Source of the DNA: a virus
Direction: 5' to 3' (one strand)
Length of the DNA stretch: 36,810 nucleotides
Virus record (IMG/VR): IMGVR_UViG_3300022214_000003
Shown here: piece by piece, positions 6,641-14,427 of the stretch
Layout of the letters: every line of letters starts with the position of its first letter
Position numbering within the stretch: position 1 is the stretch's first letter
Notes under the pieces: model-generated
Seen by the model: the letters and a program-made list of their open reading frames with translations, nothing else
Told to the model about the DNA's origin: nothing
The model's database searches: none
Made by a program: the position numbers and the translations under genes

Positions 6641-7036
6641 TTAGATCATGACGGTCTTTCTGGGGCTCACCTCTCCCACAATCCAGCGCTCCCATGCCTC
6701 TACCCAGTCCGCCACCTGACCCCGCACCTCCTCTAGCGGCGTTTCGTCGCCATAGCTCATGTGCTTGGCGCTTGAGGGCATGGCGTAGCGGCATTGCTGC
6801 AGCGATAGCCCATGCTCATGCAGCCGTCGCATGATATGCCTGCTGGCGGCCAGGGCCAACAGGTAGCGCAGATGTTGCCGGATGAGCCCTTGCGCAACCT
6901 CGCCCTGGATCTTGTCGCGGGGCGTGATGTGCACGGCACGATGGTCGCTACTGAGCGTCAGGGCTACCTCATGGCGGTCAAGCCATCCGGCGAATATTGG
7001 CGCGGGCATGGTGGCGTATAGTGGCTCATGCTCCAT
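6641..7036 (-). CDS. Hypothetical protein
   Basis: A GGGGGAG SD is present. No domain was recognised. Confidence 0.5.
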   Translation of the reverse strand: MEHEPLYATMPAPIFAGWLDRHEVALTLSSDHRAVHITPRDKIQGEVAQGLIRQHLRYLLALAASRHIMRRLHEHGLSLQQCRYAMPSSAKHMSYGDETPLEEVRGQVADWVEAWERWIVGEVSPRKTVMI

Positions 7037-7056
7037 GGCTCCCCCTTAGCCCTAAT

Positions 7057-7362
7057 CTATCCGGCAAGATTTAGGTTGTCGGCGATCTCTGCAGCTTTTG
7101 CAACTGCGGCGTCCGAGGCATAGCTAAGTTCCTCGAACCCTGAGACGCTGTAGCCGATGAGTTGGGCGAATTGCTCCCGATCCGCGTCTGAAAACGGAAT
7201 TCTTGCCAATCTGTTCATGTCGTTTGGCCCGTCATCAAGGAGAAAGCGGACAATGGCATTTACACGGAACCGCGCTACGCCTTTATCGTCAAGGTAAATT
7301 TCTTGCATCGGATGAGGCATGTCATTGTCGGCGCCTCTTTTTGCGTTCCCTGGGAGTTCCAT
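7057..7362 (-). CDS. Hypothetical protein immediately downstream of recT
   Basis: The ATG at 7362 lies 1 nt after the recT stop. The track ORF extends to 7386. Confidence 0.5.
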   Translation of the reverse strand: MELPGNAKRGADNDMPHPMQEIYLDDKGVARFRVNAIVRFLLDDGPNDMNRLARIPFSDADREQFAQLIGYSVSGFEELSYASDAAVAKAAEIADNLNLAG

Positions 7363-7363
7363 C

Positions 7364-8182
7364 CTAGTATGCCTCCCCATCCCCATCTACAGGCACGACA
7401 ACGGGCGCAGCGGTGACGGGCGGCGGGTCATCCCCGAACAAATCACTGGCCGCTTGGCGGGCTCGCTCGGCTCCAGGTTCCCAGGCTTCCTCTTCTGAGG
7501 CATCATCCTGCGCAAGGCTGTCTAGTTCCTCCCTGGAGAGGGGGCTATACTTGGCAGTATTCTTCAGGACCGTCTTACGCCACATCTCATACTCATGTAG
7601 CACCCAGGTGTCTTGCTCTCGGCCTGGGGCACGCTTGCGCACCCTGTCAATGTCCTCCCTGTCCATGTAGTGCACTTGCCAGGTGCCGTTCTTCAGCACG
7701 ATGGCCCCATAGGCACCGATCCCTCTACCTCGATTGCGCAGGGCTGGCACATGGCGAACAGGCTTGCGCTCATCTCCATAATCAATCTCACAGGTATCGT
7801 TCTCATAGACGACCTCAGCAAAGGCTTTGCGGACCTGGCGAGAACGCTGCAGGATCTTAATGATCCCTCGATAGTCTTTGATATACACAGCGTCCTTGCC
7901 ATGCGCGACAAGGTAGCAATCCGTCCCAAGCTCTAACCCATCCCTGGCAGCGCTATAAATCCCTTGGATAATCGACCGCTCGCTACAATTGCGCAGCTTG
8001 CCTTGCTGCTCGGCCAAAAAGTACAGGGCCAGATTGAGGAAGCGTTCGGCAGGCAGGCTACTAAGTACAGCCTGCGGGAGGATGCTCCCAATCCTCTCGG
8101 CCTGAGACATCAGAGTGGACTTTGCGCGATCATAGAACGTCAGGGCATTCTGAGGCTGTGGAGATTGTGTTGTCATGCTCAT
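7364..8182 (-). CDS. recT: RecT-family single-strand annealing recombinase
   Basis: The pattern CYLVAHGKDAVYIKDYRGIIKILQRS..VVYENDTCEIDYG..H..RGRGIGAYGAIV..MDREDIDRVRKRA..W..MWRKTVLKN matches the RecT core. The start forms an ATGA overlap with the RHH gene stop. Confidence 0.8.
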   Translation of the reverse strand: MSMTTQSPQPQNALTFYDRAKSTLMSQAERIGSILPQAVLSSLPAERFLNLALYFLAEQQGKLRNCSERSIIQGIYSAARDGLELGTDCYLVAHGKDAVYIKDYRGIIKILQRSRQVRKAFAEVVYENDTCEIDYGDERKPVRHVPALRNRGRGIGAYGAIVLKNGTWQVHYMDREDIDRVRKRAPGREQDTWVLHEYEMWRKTVLKNTAKYSPLSREELDSLAQDDASEEEAWEPGAERARQAASDLFGDDPPPVTAAPVVVPVDGDGEAY

Positions 8183-8373
8183 TTCCCTTTCATGATGGCC
8201 TGGCATTTCCTTTGCCGCTGGGCTTCATCCCTCTCCCACTTGGCAAACAAAGCGTCGAGCGCTTGCCGGATGATTTCCGACTTGCTTATGTTGCGTTCCT
8301 GTGCATATCGCTCAAGCAGCGCAGAATGCTCTAGCGCTAGCGACACGCCATGGGTCTGCTTATTTATGGCCAT
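8179..8373 (-). CDS. Ribbon-helix-helix (CopG/Arc-like) DNA-binding protein
   Basis: HGVSLALEHSALLERYAQERNISKSEIIRQALDALF fits the RHH beta-alpha-alpha pattern. An AAGGAGG SD is present. Confidence 0.65.
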   Translation of the reverse strand: MAINKQTHGVSLALEHSALLERYAQERNISKSEIIRQALDALFAKWERDEAQRQRKCQAIMKGK

Positions 8374-8396
8374 GCTGCCTCCTTTCTAGTAGGCAG

Positions 8397-8425
8397 ATTA
8401 TAGCCTATCTGTCCGTCTATTAAAA
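8397..8425 (-). promoter_or_regulatory. Candidate leftward promoter for the RHH-recT operon
   Basis: A perfect TATAAT lies on the minus strand (8402-8397). The -35 is weak (TTTTAA at 17 nt). CTGTC repeats lie nearby. Confidence 0.3.
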
Positions 8426-8428
8426 TGA

Positions 8429-8602
8429 CTAAATACTGTCTAAAAATCTCTGTAGCCAGCGGCGTTGTCCATCGTTCAATTCGCCACCGCGCTCGACGAT
8501 ACCCTGGCAGTGTTGCCAGGTGCGCAGGGTGATCCAATCCATACGGCTCTGGTGGGGTTGTAGGGCGTCAAGGAGTTGTTGGTCTGGCATAGAGGGCTCC
8601 AT
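8429..8602 (-). CDS. Small hypothetical protein, first gene leftward of the divergent switch region
   Basis: Start at ATG 8602, or at ATG 8590 which has GGAG 7 nt upstream. I reject the 141-aa track ORF because it runs through the intergenic repeats and the RHH gene on the other strand. Confidence 0.4.
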   Translation of the reverse strand: MEPSMPDQQLLDALQPHQSRMDWITLRTWQHCQGIVERGGELNDGQRRWLQRFLDSI

Positions 8603-8603
8603 C

Positions 8604-8632
8604 TTGCACTGGCTATTATTGTATGGCATTAT
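8604..8632 (+). promoter_or_regulatory. Candidate rightward promoter (TTGCAC-N17-CATTAT) for the RHH-primase operon
   Basis: Hexamers read directly from the sequence. It overlaps the 11-bp tandem repeats. Confidence 0.35.
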
Positions 8633-8650
8633 TATGGCATTATTATGGCG
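8610..8650. repeat. Tandem 11-bp repeats, TGGCATTATTA x2 plus degenerate flanking copies (candidate operator)
   Basis: TGGCTATTATTGTA / TGGCATTATTA / TGGCATTATTA / TGGCG. The period is about one helical turn. They lie between divergent genes. Confidence 0.7.
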
Positions 8651-8659
8651 CAACTGCAA
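8631..8659 (-). promoter_or_regulatory. Candidate leftward promoter (TTGCAG-N17-CATAAT) overlapping the rightward -10
   Basis: Hexamers read on the minus strand. The two -10 elements overlap at 8631-8632. Confidence 0.35.
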
Positions 8660-8671
8660 GAAGGAGTTGAT

Positions 8672-8860
8672 ATGAAAACAAAAAAGCCTCAGACAAAAAT
8701 CACCTGGCGAGTCCCGGTTGATCTCCTGGCCACCCTGCGTATCCTTGCGGAAGAAGAGGAACGCTCTGTCAATGCCCAGGCCATTGTGGCCCTGACTCAG
8801 TGGCTCAAGGCAACAAACTCTGAGAACGCCCAACAATGGAAGGACCCCTCGCATGTCTGA
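8672..8860 (+). CDS. Ribbon-helix-helix DNA-binding protein
   Basis: An AAGGAG SD lies 5 nt upstream of the ATG. KITWRVPVDLLATLRILAEEEERSVNAQAIVALTQWL fits the RHH pattern. Confidence 0.65.
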   Translation: MKTKKPQTKITWRVPVDLLATLRILAEEEERSVNAQAIVALTQWLKATNSENAQQWKDPSHV

Positions 8861-10628
8861 TCTTGACTTAAGTAGGATTGCTCAACAGTGCGAGGGATGC
8901 CACCAGGACAAGGCCGGATGGCGGGCAAAATGCCCACTACACCAGGGCCAAAGCGATACATCCCTGCATCTCTGGGAAGAAAATGGGGAAATACGGCTGC
9001 ATTGCTTTGCCGGGTGCCAGGCAAGAGATATCCTTGCTTGGCTCAATGTAGAAACCCCTAAGCGCTCTCAAGACCCCACTTATGATGCCATTTATAGCTA
9101 CCACGACGAACGCGGGGTGTTGCAGTATCAAGTAGTGCGGCTTCCTGGGAAAAAGTTCCGCCAGCGTCGCCCCGATCCTAAGCAGCCAGGGAGATGGGTT
9201 TGGAATATGGAGGGCGCCCCGCCTCTCCTCTATCGCCTGCCGGAAGTCGCCCAGGCTATCGTATTACGCCAGCCCATCTATCTGGTAGAGGGAGAAAAGG
9301 ATGTCGAGACATTACGGGCGTTGGGGTTTGTGGCTACGTGCAACCGGGGCGGGGCGCTTAAGTGGGATGATGCCTATACCGCACAGCTTACTGGCGCCGA
9401 TGTCGTGTTACTACCTGATAACGATGAGCCAGGACGCAAACACGCAACCATGGTGCTCTCTCGGCTGCGTGGGGCTGTTCGCAATCTGGTGCGGATTGAC
9501 CTCCCAGGGTTGCCGGACCATGGCGATGTTTCCGACTGGCTAGCCCAGGGCCACACAAGGGAGGAGGTTGAAGCCCTCTACAAAGCCACGCCGCCTGCGC
9601 TCTCTTCCCCCCATCTAGTTGTTTCGCGCTTCGCCGACATCCCACCCGAAGATATCGAATGGCTATGGCGGCCCTATCTAGCCAAAGGGAAAATCACGAT
9701 CCTGGAGGGCGATCCGGGGCAAGGAAAAACCTACTTCATGCTGGCCCTTGCCGCTTCCCTGACGCAAGGCTTTACCCTCCCTGACCAACGCGGGCGACCT
9801 GGCCCCCCTGGTGAATCCCCACCGCAAAACATCCTCTATGTTTCCGCCGAAGACGGCCTTGCCGATACCCTTGTTCCCCGTGCGATCAAAGCCGGTGCCG
9901 ATTTGACCAGGCTCTATGGCGTGCGAGGGGTGGAAGTGGATGGCGATTTGCAGCCATTCACGCTGGCTCAAATCTCTATGCTCTCTGAGGCCGTCCATGA
10001 TCTGCAGGCACAACTCGTTATCATCGACCCTATCCAGGCATTTTTAGGCGCTGACGTTGACATGCACCGGGCGAACGAGGTTCGCCCACTTATGGCGGCG
10101 CTCGCTCGCCTGGCCGAAGTCCACAAATGCTCTGTGCTCATTATCCGCCACATCAATAAGTCGCTAGGCGGCAAAGCCCTCTATCGCGGCATGGGGTCGA
10201 TTGACTTCACGGCAGCGGCACGAAGCGTCCTGGTTGTGGCTGAATCTCTGGAAGACCCCTCCAAGAAAATCATTGCGCAGGCCAAGAACAGCTACGCCCC
10301 GTTGGGCGCCTCGCTCATTTTCTCCATTACAGAGGATGGCTTTGCATGGTGTGGTGTGGCGAAAATATCAGCCGATGAACTGGTTGGGCAACAACCGGCA
10401 AAGCATCAGCATCAAAGAGTAGCTGCGGCAGAGTGGCTGGTAGAATGCCTCAAGGACGGGGAATTGCCCGCAAATACCATCCGCCAAGAGGCGGAAGCGA
10501 ACGGCATCGCGTGGAGGACAATCGAGAGGGCTAAGCAAGAGATGCGGGTTATCTCCTTCAAAAAACTAGACTTATGGTATTGGAAACTCCCCCCTCTCCA
10601 AGAAGAAGAAGAAAACACCCCCTTTTAA
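8853..10628 (+). CDS. Bifunctional zinc-finger/TOPRIM primase fused to a RepA/DnaB-like (AAA_25-type) ATPase
   Basis: Zinc motif CPLHQG..LHCFAGC. TOPRIM motifs YLVEGEKD and LLPDNDEPGRKHA. Walker A GDPGQGKT and Walker B LVIIDP. Confidence 0.8.
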   Translation: MSDLDLSRIAQQCEGCHQDKAGWRAKCPLHQGQSDTSLHLWEENGEIRLHCFAGCQARDILAWLNVETPKRSQDPTYDAIYSYHDERGVLQYQVVRLPGKKFRQRRPDPKQPGRWVWNMEGAPPLLYRLPEVAQAIVLRQPIYLVEGEKDVETLRALGFVATCNRGGALKWDDAYTAQLTGADVVLLPDNDEPGRKHATMVLSRLRGAVRNLVRIDLPGLPDHGDVSDWLAQGHTREEVEALYKATPPALSSPHLVVSRFADIPPEDIEWLWRPYLAKGKITILEGDPGQGKTYFMLALAASLTQGFTLPDQRGRPGPPGESPPQNILYVSAEDGLADTLVPRAIKAGADLTRLYGVRGVEVDGDLQPFTLAQISMLSEAVHDLQAQLVIIDPIQAFLGADVDMHRANEVRPLMAALARLAEVHKCSVLIIRHINKSLGGKALYRGMGSIDFTAAARSVLVVAESLEDPSKKIIAQAKNSYAPLGASLIFSITEDGFAWCGVAKISADELVGQQPAKHQHQRVAAAEWLVECLKDGELPANTIRQEAEANGIAWRTIERAKQEMRVISFKKLDLWYWKLPPLQEEEENTPF

Positions 10629-10631
10629 TTT

Positions 10632-10824
10632 TTGGCGGTCTTGGCGGTCTTGGCGGTGTGTGGCGATGTTGGCGGACTTGGCGGTGTTGTGAAAATACTT
10701 GCAAGTCCGCCACCTTGGCGATGTTGGCAAGACCGCCAAAAATTAGAAAAAGTGGCGGTCTTAATAATCCTCTATTATTCAACAGGTTATAGCCAAAAAT
10801 GGCCAAGTCCGCCAAGTCCGCCAG
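10632..10824. repeat. Iteron cluster with AT-rich core: candidate origin of replication
   Basis: Six tandem 9-10-bp units TTGGCGG(T/A)(C/G) occupy 10632-10686. Further direct and inverted copies lie at 10705-10713, 10715-10723, 10724-10739, 10752-10760 and 10803-10824. An AT-rich stretch spans about 10737-10800. Confidence 0.65.
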
Positions 10825-10856
10825 TGTCCACACGCGTGCGCGAAGGAACCCGGCTT

Positions 10857-11102
10857 TTACGCCTCCCTCTCAGGCCGGGAGCGCCTCGTAGCATAGTGGT
10901 GCTTCCAGCCTTCCGGTTCGCCTACGCCTTCCCAGATGTACCAGGCTTGCATCGCGCTTGTCGCATCGGGGTAGAACCACTCATCCAGGGGGAACTTGTT
11001 GCCGTGTGCGCCCTCGTACACCTGCAGCACCCAGGCGCCCCCGCCTAGCTGCGTCACGACGAGGTTGCGGCCATCAGGTAAGGTGCGGATACGTCGGGTC
11101 AT
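10857..11102 (-). CDS. Hypothetical protein
   Basis: A GGAGAGGAG SD is present. No domain was recognised. Confidence 0.5.
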   Translation of the reverse strand: MTRRIRTLPDGRNLVVTQLGGGAWVLQVYEGAHGNKFPLDEWFYPDATSAMQAWYIWEGVGEPEGWKHHYATRRSRPEREA

Positions 11103-11199
11103 AGCGTGCTCTCCTCTCCCTATAGCCGAAAATCGCGCCAGGATGGCCTAAATTTAAGCGTTCACCTGGCGCTGTGATAAATGGCCTTGGTGACTCCCC

Positions 11200-11364
11200 T
11201 CACACGAATACGCTATACGCCAGCGTGAGGCAGGCCGCGCCGATACAATGCAGGATGCCAGCGCCTACGGCATCGCGCTTGAACGCCTGATGCGCGCCAG
11301 CGAGAGCGCTGGCCATCACGAGTAAATAGGCTAGTGTGCTTACGGTCCATTGCAGGTCAACCAT
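11200..11364 (-). CDS. Small membrane protein (2 predicted TM segments)
   Basis: An AAGGAG SD precedes the ATG at 11364. Two hydrophobic stretches: TLAYLLVMASALAGA and AGILHCIGAACLTLAYSVFV. Confidence 0.5.
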   Translation of the reverse strand: MVDLQWTVSTLAYLLVMASALAGAHQAFKRDAVGAGILHCIGAACLTLAYSVFV

Positions 11365-11393
11365 GATGCGATCTCCTTGTGTGGTAGAGTGTG

Positions 11394-11717
11394 TTATTTG
11401 CGTAGTATCCACGCACGTAAGGCCGCGTGCGCCTCTTGGTCTGTGGAGTCATTGAACGCTAAAAACGCCTCGTAATCCTCCATACTGATCCCGTGCACCG
11501 CAAGAACCTCCTGTGCTACGCCACCTAGACTGGTGCAGTTCAACGCTAGAATCCTATAGAGCCGCGCCACAGGGCAGGCTGTCGGGGAGATGTTCCCGAT
11601 TGCTTCAGCTACCTCCTGCCGGATGACTAGGGTGCAGTGTGTCAGCCCTGGCCCTAAGACGCGCTCGGCGAGGGCAATGGTCTGTGCATGGTCATGGTCC
11701 ATGATGCGGCTCCTCAT
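11394..11717 (-). CDS. Hypothetical protein
   Basis: An ATGA overlap links it to the upstream gene's stop. Confidence 0.5.
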   Translation of the reverse strand: MRSRIMDHDHAQTIALAERVLGPGLTHCTLVIRQEVAEAIGNISPTACPVARLYRILALNCTSLGGVAQEVLAVHGISMEDYEAFLAFNDSTDQEAHAALRAWILRK

Positions 11718-11923
11718 GTTTGCAGAATACAGTCAGAATCAATCCACCCGATGATAGACTCAAAGTCAACGTGAATGTCGGTTGTGCTGCCGTCACACCA
11801 CCCGGCTTCGCCCACGAAGAAATGGCCCTCATGCTTTGTTCTTGCGCTCTCAAACCAGATCCAATGCTCTTCCATTCCCTTGACTTGTATTGCTAAATAC
11901 TCTTTGCGTTCGCCTCTTAGCAT
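11714..11923 (-). CDS. Hypothetical protein (69 aa)
   Basis: A GAGGAG SD precedes the ATG at 11923. The longer 165-aa track ORF would overlap the SWIM gene and is Pro/Arg/Gly-rich. Confidence 0.45.
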   Translation of the reverse strand: MLRGERKEYLAIQVKGMEEHWIWFESARTKHEGHFFVGEAGWCDGSTTDIHVDFESIIGWIDSDCILQT

Positions 11924-11976
11924 AGATGCTCTCCTCGTGGTGTTGCGGGGAGCGCTACCGCCCCCCCCCAGGGTGA

Positions 11977-12504
11977 CTACTCGGTGGCGCCCTCGACCCA
12001 GCCGCAGGTATAGGTGGTGCCTGCCAGGGTGATCTCTGCCTGGCAGAGGCGGGTGTGGCAGGTGTGAGGATTGTCCCAGACCACGGCCAGCGCCTTCAGG
12101 CCGCACCGTGGGCACTCCGCCCGGTCCGCATCTGGGGGCCAGGTGATGAGCGCTTGGGTTATGGCGGCGTCCAGTAAGGCGTAGGCTTTGCGGGCTAATG
12201 CGGCCGCCCACTGGTGCTTGCAGTAGGCTTTGCCTATCCGGCGCTTGTCAGGGCAAGAGCAGGCGCCATTGACCGTGTAGGTCTGCGTGCCAAACTGGCT
12301 GGCAACTTCGCAGATGCCATGATCCAGAAGACGCACCTTGCCTGCGCAGGCGATGATCCAGCCACGATTGATACGGTCCAATGTGGGGAGGTCGCATCCC
12401 GTATAGCGTTCGGCACAGGCACGCAGGGCGAGGTTCAACGCCTCCTGCCAGAGGATATGCCAGGCGGCGGGCTTGTTGCTGTGGATGGGAGATTGTGTTA
12501 GCAT
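11977..12504 (-). CDS. SWIM-type zinc-finger protein
   Basis: CSCPDKRRIGKAYCKHQWAA matches the CxCxnCxH SWIM signature. An additional CPRC motif lies in the C-terminal part. Confidence 0.65.
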   Translation of the reverse strand: MLTQSPIHSNKPAAWHILWQEALNLALRACAERYTGCDLPTLDRINRGWIIACAGKVRLLDHGICEVASQFGTQTYTVNGACSCPDKRRIGKAYCKHQWAAALARKAYALLDAAITQALITWPPDADRAECPRCGLKALAVVWDNPHTCHTRLCQAEITLAGTTYTCGWVEGATE

Positions 12505-12549
12505 AATGGCTCTCCTTGACTTCCTTTCTGTGTTGTTTTTGCGGTCTTG

Positions 12550-12579
12550 GCGCTGGGAGGGGAAGAATCCTCCCAGCGC
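12550..12579. other. Perfect 11-bp-stem hairpin (GCGCTGGGAGG / 8-nt loop / CCTCCCAGCGC)
   Basis: Read directly from the sequence. No U-tract follows on either strand, so I do not call it an intrinsic terminator. Confidence 0.7.
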
Positions 12580-12587
12580 TCCCCTGT

Positions 12588-12749
12588 CTAGCGTAATCTT
12601 GCGATGTTTGCCTTAGTCGCCTTGCAAATTGTTGCGGCGCACTGGCCGTTAATCACCTCTACGATGAACTTTCCAACGATGTATAGATTCCCAGATATAT
12701 GCGTTGCGTCGTAGACGTATCCGTTCCGGCCTATTACTTCGGTGAACAT
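12588..12749 (-). CDS. 53-aa hypothetical protein (below the ORF-track cutoff)
   Basis: My own translation gives MFTEVIGRNGYVYDATHISGNLYIVGKFIVEVINGQCAATICKATKANIARLR*. An AAGGAG SD lies 6 nt upstream. Confidence 0.5.
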   Translation of the reverse strand: MFTEVIGRNGYVYDATHISGNLYIVGKFIVEVINGQCAATICKATKANIARLR

Positions 12750-12794
12750 TGGTAACTCCTTGGTGTGTGGTGTGTTGCTCTTGCTTACTATCTA

Positions 12795-12823
12795 ATCGTA
12801 CGTCTCCAATGGAGATATGTCAA
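12795..12823 (-). promoter_or_regulatory. Leftward sigma70-like promoter, TTGACA-N17-TACGAT, with palindrome TCTCC-N3-GGAGA in the spacer
   Basis: Hexamers read on the minus strand. It is a near-duplicate of the element at 14428-14456. The -35 overlaps the XRE stop codon. Confidence 0.55.
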
Positions 12824-13047
12824 GAGGGTAGGAGCCTTTTTTTTGCCTGCCGCAATCTTTTTATGAGTGTGGCGGTGCGGGCATTGATGGCGCGCTCTCC
12901 GGTCTCCAGCCGGTGGTAGTTGCGATAGCTGCCATACCCTAGTTGCTCCGCCATCTCCGTCTGGGTTAAGCCAATCTCCTGCCTGATCTTGGTCAGTTCC
13001 GCAGGCGCCATAGCTGAAGGTCTGCGCTTGGGTGGTCGTACTCTCAT
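12820..13047 (-). CDS. XRE/Cro-CI family helix-turn-helix transcriptional regulator
   Basis: LTKIRQEIGLTQTEMAEQLGYGSYRNYHRLETGERAI is a typical HTH_3 pattern. Confidence 0.8.
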   Translation of the reverse strand: MRVRPPKRRPSAMAPAELTKIRQEIGLTQTEMAEQLGYGSYRNYHRLETGERAINARTATLIKRLRQAKKRLLPS

Positions 13048-13349
13048 GCGTTCACAATCTCCTTACTCTCGATAATGCCGTAGTATTGCACCTCCAAGCC
13101 GCCATCCTGGCCACAGTAGCACAGGGCGTAGAGCCTGAGCGGGTCGCCGCCCAGGATGGCCCCATGGATGTCCGCTACGCCACCCGGCAACGGGTCTATA
13201 TCGCAGTCATACAGGATCGCAGCCCCATCCCTGCTGGCAGCGTAGAGGCTCTCTATCACCTCGCCTGCCGTTTCCCAGCCGGTGCTGGGCTCGCTGGGCT
13301 CGTACAGGGTTACGCCGTCAACCTGGTGGTACAATACTGTGTGGAACAT
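13044..13349 (-). CDS. Strongly acidic 101-aa hypothetical protein, translationally coupled to the XRE gene
   Basis: By my count it has 16 Asp/Glu against 3 Arg/Lys. An ATGA overlap links it to the XRE start. Confidence 0.55.
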   Translation of the reverse strand: MFHTVLYHQVDGVTLYEPSEPSTGWETAGEVIESLYAASRDGAAILYDCDIDPLPGGVADIHGAILGGDPLRLYALCYCGQDGGLEVQYYGIIESKEIVNA

Positions 13350-13396
13350 TGTCGGTACTCCTTACCTATACAGACTATCCTGCCGTATGGTTGTGG

Positions 13397-13798
13397 TTAC
13401 TGGCACGCAGGCACCATGGCCTGCAGGTCATGCAACTTGCGGGTGTACAGTGCGGTCATGACCTCATCTGTGCTCATGGGCGCATAACAATCAGGCTGCC
13501 CGGTGCGGGACACCTCGGCGACAATCATGGTGATGTGGGCCGGTGCATCAGGGTACACTGTGGGCAGCCCTGCCAGCGTCAGCGTATACTCACTGCCTAC
13601 CTGCGCTCGAATGATCCAGAATAGGCCATCTTCCTCATCCTCGGTCATATCCGCGTTACTCAAGCCAGGCTGCTGCAGCACAGATGCCAGGGTGGGGCCG
13701 TTGTAGCCCACAGCTTGCAGGGTATCAGGCACCGGTTCAGCGTGCAGTGCGGTGGCTAGGAGCATGGAAGCGATGGTGGTTGTGATGGCGCGAAGCAT
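13397..13798 (-). CDS. Secreted hypothetical protein (signal peptide)
   Basis: N-terminus MLRAITTTIASMLLATALHA|EP. An AAGGAG SD is present. Confidence 0.55.
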   Translation of the reverse strand: MLRAITTTIASMLLATALHAEPVPDTLQAVGYNGPTLASVLQQPGLSNADMTEDEEDGLFWIIRAQVGSEYTLTLAGLPTVYPDAPAHITMIVAEVSRTGQPDCYAPMSTDEVMTALYTRKLHDLQAMVPACQ

Positions 13799-13825
13799 GT
13801 GTGATCTCCTTATTGTGCGTTGTTG

Positions 13826-13847
13826 GGGAGAGGGCCATCCCTCTCCC
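13826..13847. other. Hairpin GGGAGAGGG-CCAT-CCCTCTCCC between early genes
   Basis: The 9-bp stem is perfect. No U-tract follows. Confidence 0.65.
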
Positions 13848-13862
13848 AGATTGTGGTTGCTC

Positions 13863-14378
13863 TTAGTAGCCCATTACCTTGCGCATCATGGCGCGGTGGG
13901 CATCAGCTTCGCGCCAGGCTTGCTCGGCTTTCTTGTCAGCGACTAGGTGCGCTTGCCATTCCGGGGTGGCTTCAACCATGGCGATGGCTGATTGTACTTG
14001 CAGCAGATTCTCAGCTCGCAAGGCCAGCTTGCCGATGGTAGCCACGGCGCCGCTAGGATGGTTCACGAGTTTTTGTGGGCGGCCAGAACCGACCAGCCCC
14101 AAGCCCTCGACTGTCGCAGTGATGTGCAGGTCACAAGTCGGGACCGTGATAAGGTCGCCATCGGCATTGATGGTCTTGGACGTTTGCAGGTGAACCACTA
14201 CTGTGGCCATGCCCTTGCTTGTCTGCCAGCTAATGGTCTGTCGCATGTTCTGCTCCTTCCAGGCGATCCGCAACGACTCGGCCAGATACTCGACAGGGCT
14301 GCCACCAAAGCGGGCGGCACCGGCTTTAGCTAACGTCCAGGCTTGCGTCATGATCTTTTTGAGTGCGTTGCGGTCCAT
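13863..14378 (-). CDS. Hypothetical protein, first gene of the leftward early operon
   Basis: It is the first ORF downstream of the promoter at 14428-14456. No domain was recognised. Confidence 0.55.
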   Translation of the reverse strand: MDRNALKKIMTQAWTLAKAGAARFGGSPVEYLAESLRIAWKEQNMRQTISWQTSKGMATVVVHLQTSKTINADGDLITVPTCDLHITATVEGLGLVGSGRPQKLVNHPSGAVATIGKLALRAENLLQVQSAIAMVEATPEWQAHLVADKKAEQAWREADAHRAMMRKVMGY

Positions 14379-14427
14379 TATATGATAACCTTATGTATGT
14401 TAATGTCTTGTTCGTGCTTACGTCTAT

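Noticed and set aside
8603-8854. The long version of ORF 8429-8854 (141 aa)
   Set aside because: It would read through the divergent promoter/repeat region and antisense through the plus-strand RHH gene. Only the last roughly 57 codons look coding.
10632-10824. Possible CRISPR array, because of the regularly spaced short repeats
   Set aside because: The repeat units are only 9-10 bp and directly abut each other with no spacers. Copies occur in both orientations. No cas genes or leader are present.
10558-11048. ORFs 10558-10833 (-), 10574-10792 (+) and 10632-11048 (+) over the iteron region
   Set aside because: Their 'proteins' are translations of the 9-bp repeats (PPRPPRPPK, GGLGGLGG). The third runs antisense through gene 10857-11102. 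The region is better explained as a non-coding origin.
11924-12211. The N-terminal extension of ORF 11714-12211 (165 aa)
   Set aside because: The extension is Pro/Arg/Gly-rich, overlaps the 3' half of the SWIM gene in another frame, and has no RBS. The ATG at 11923 has a GAGGAG SD.
12550-12579. Intrinsic terminator calls for the strong hairpins at 12550-12579, 13826-13847 and 4940-4957
   Set aside because: None is followed by a U-tract in the direction of transcription. At 12550 the T-run lies on the wrong side. I report them as hairpins of unknown role, not as terminators.
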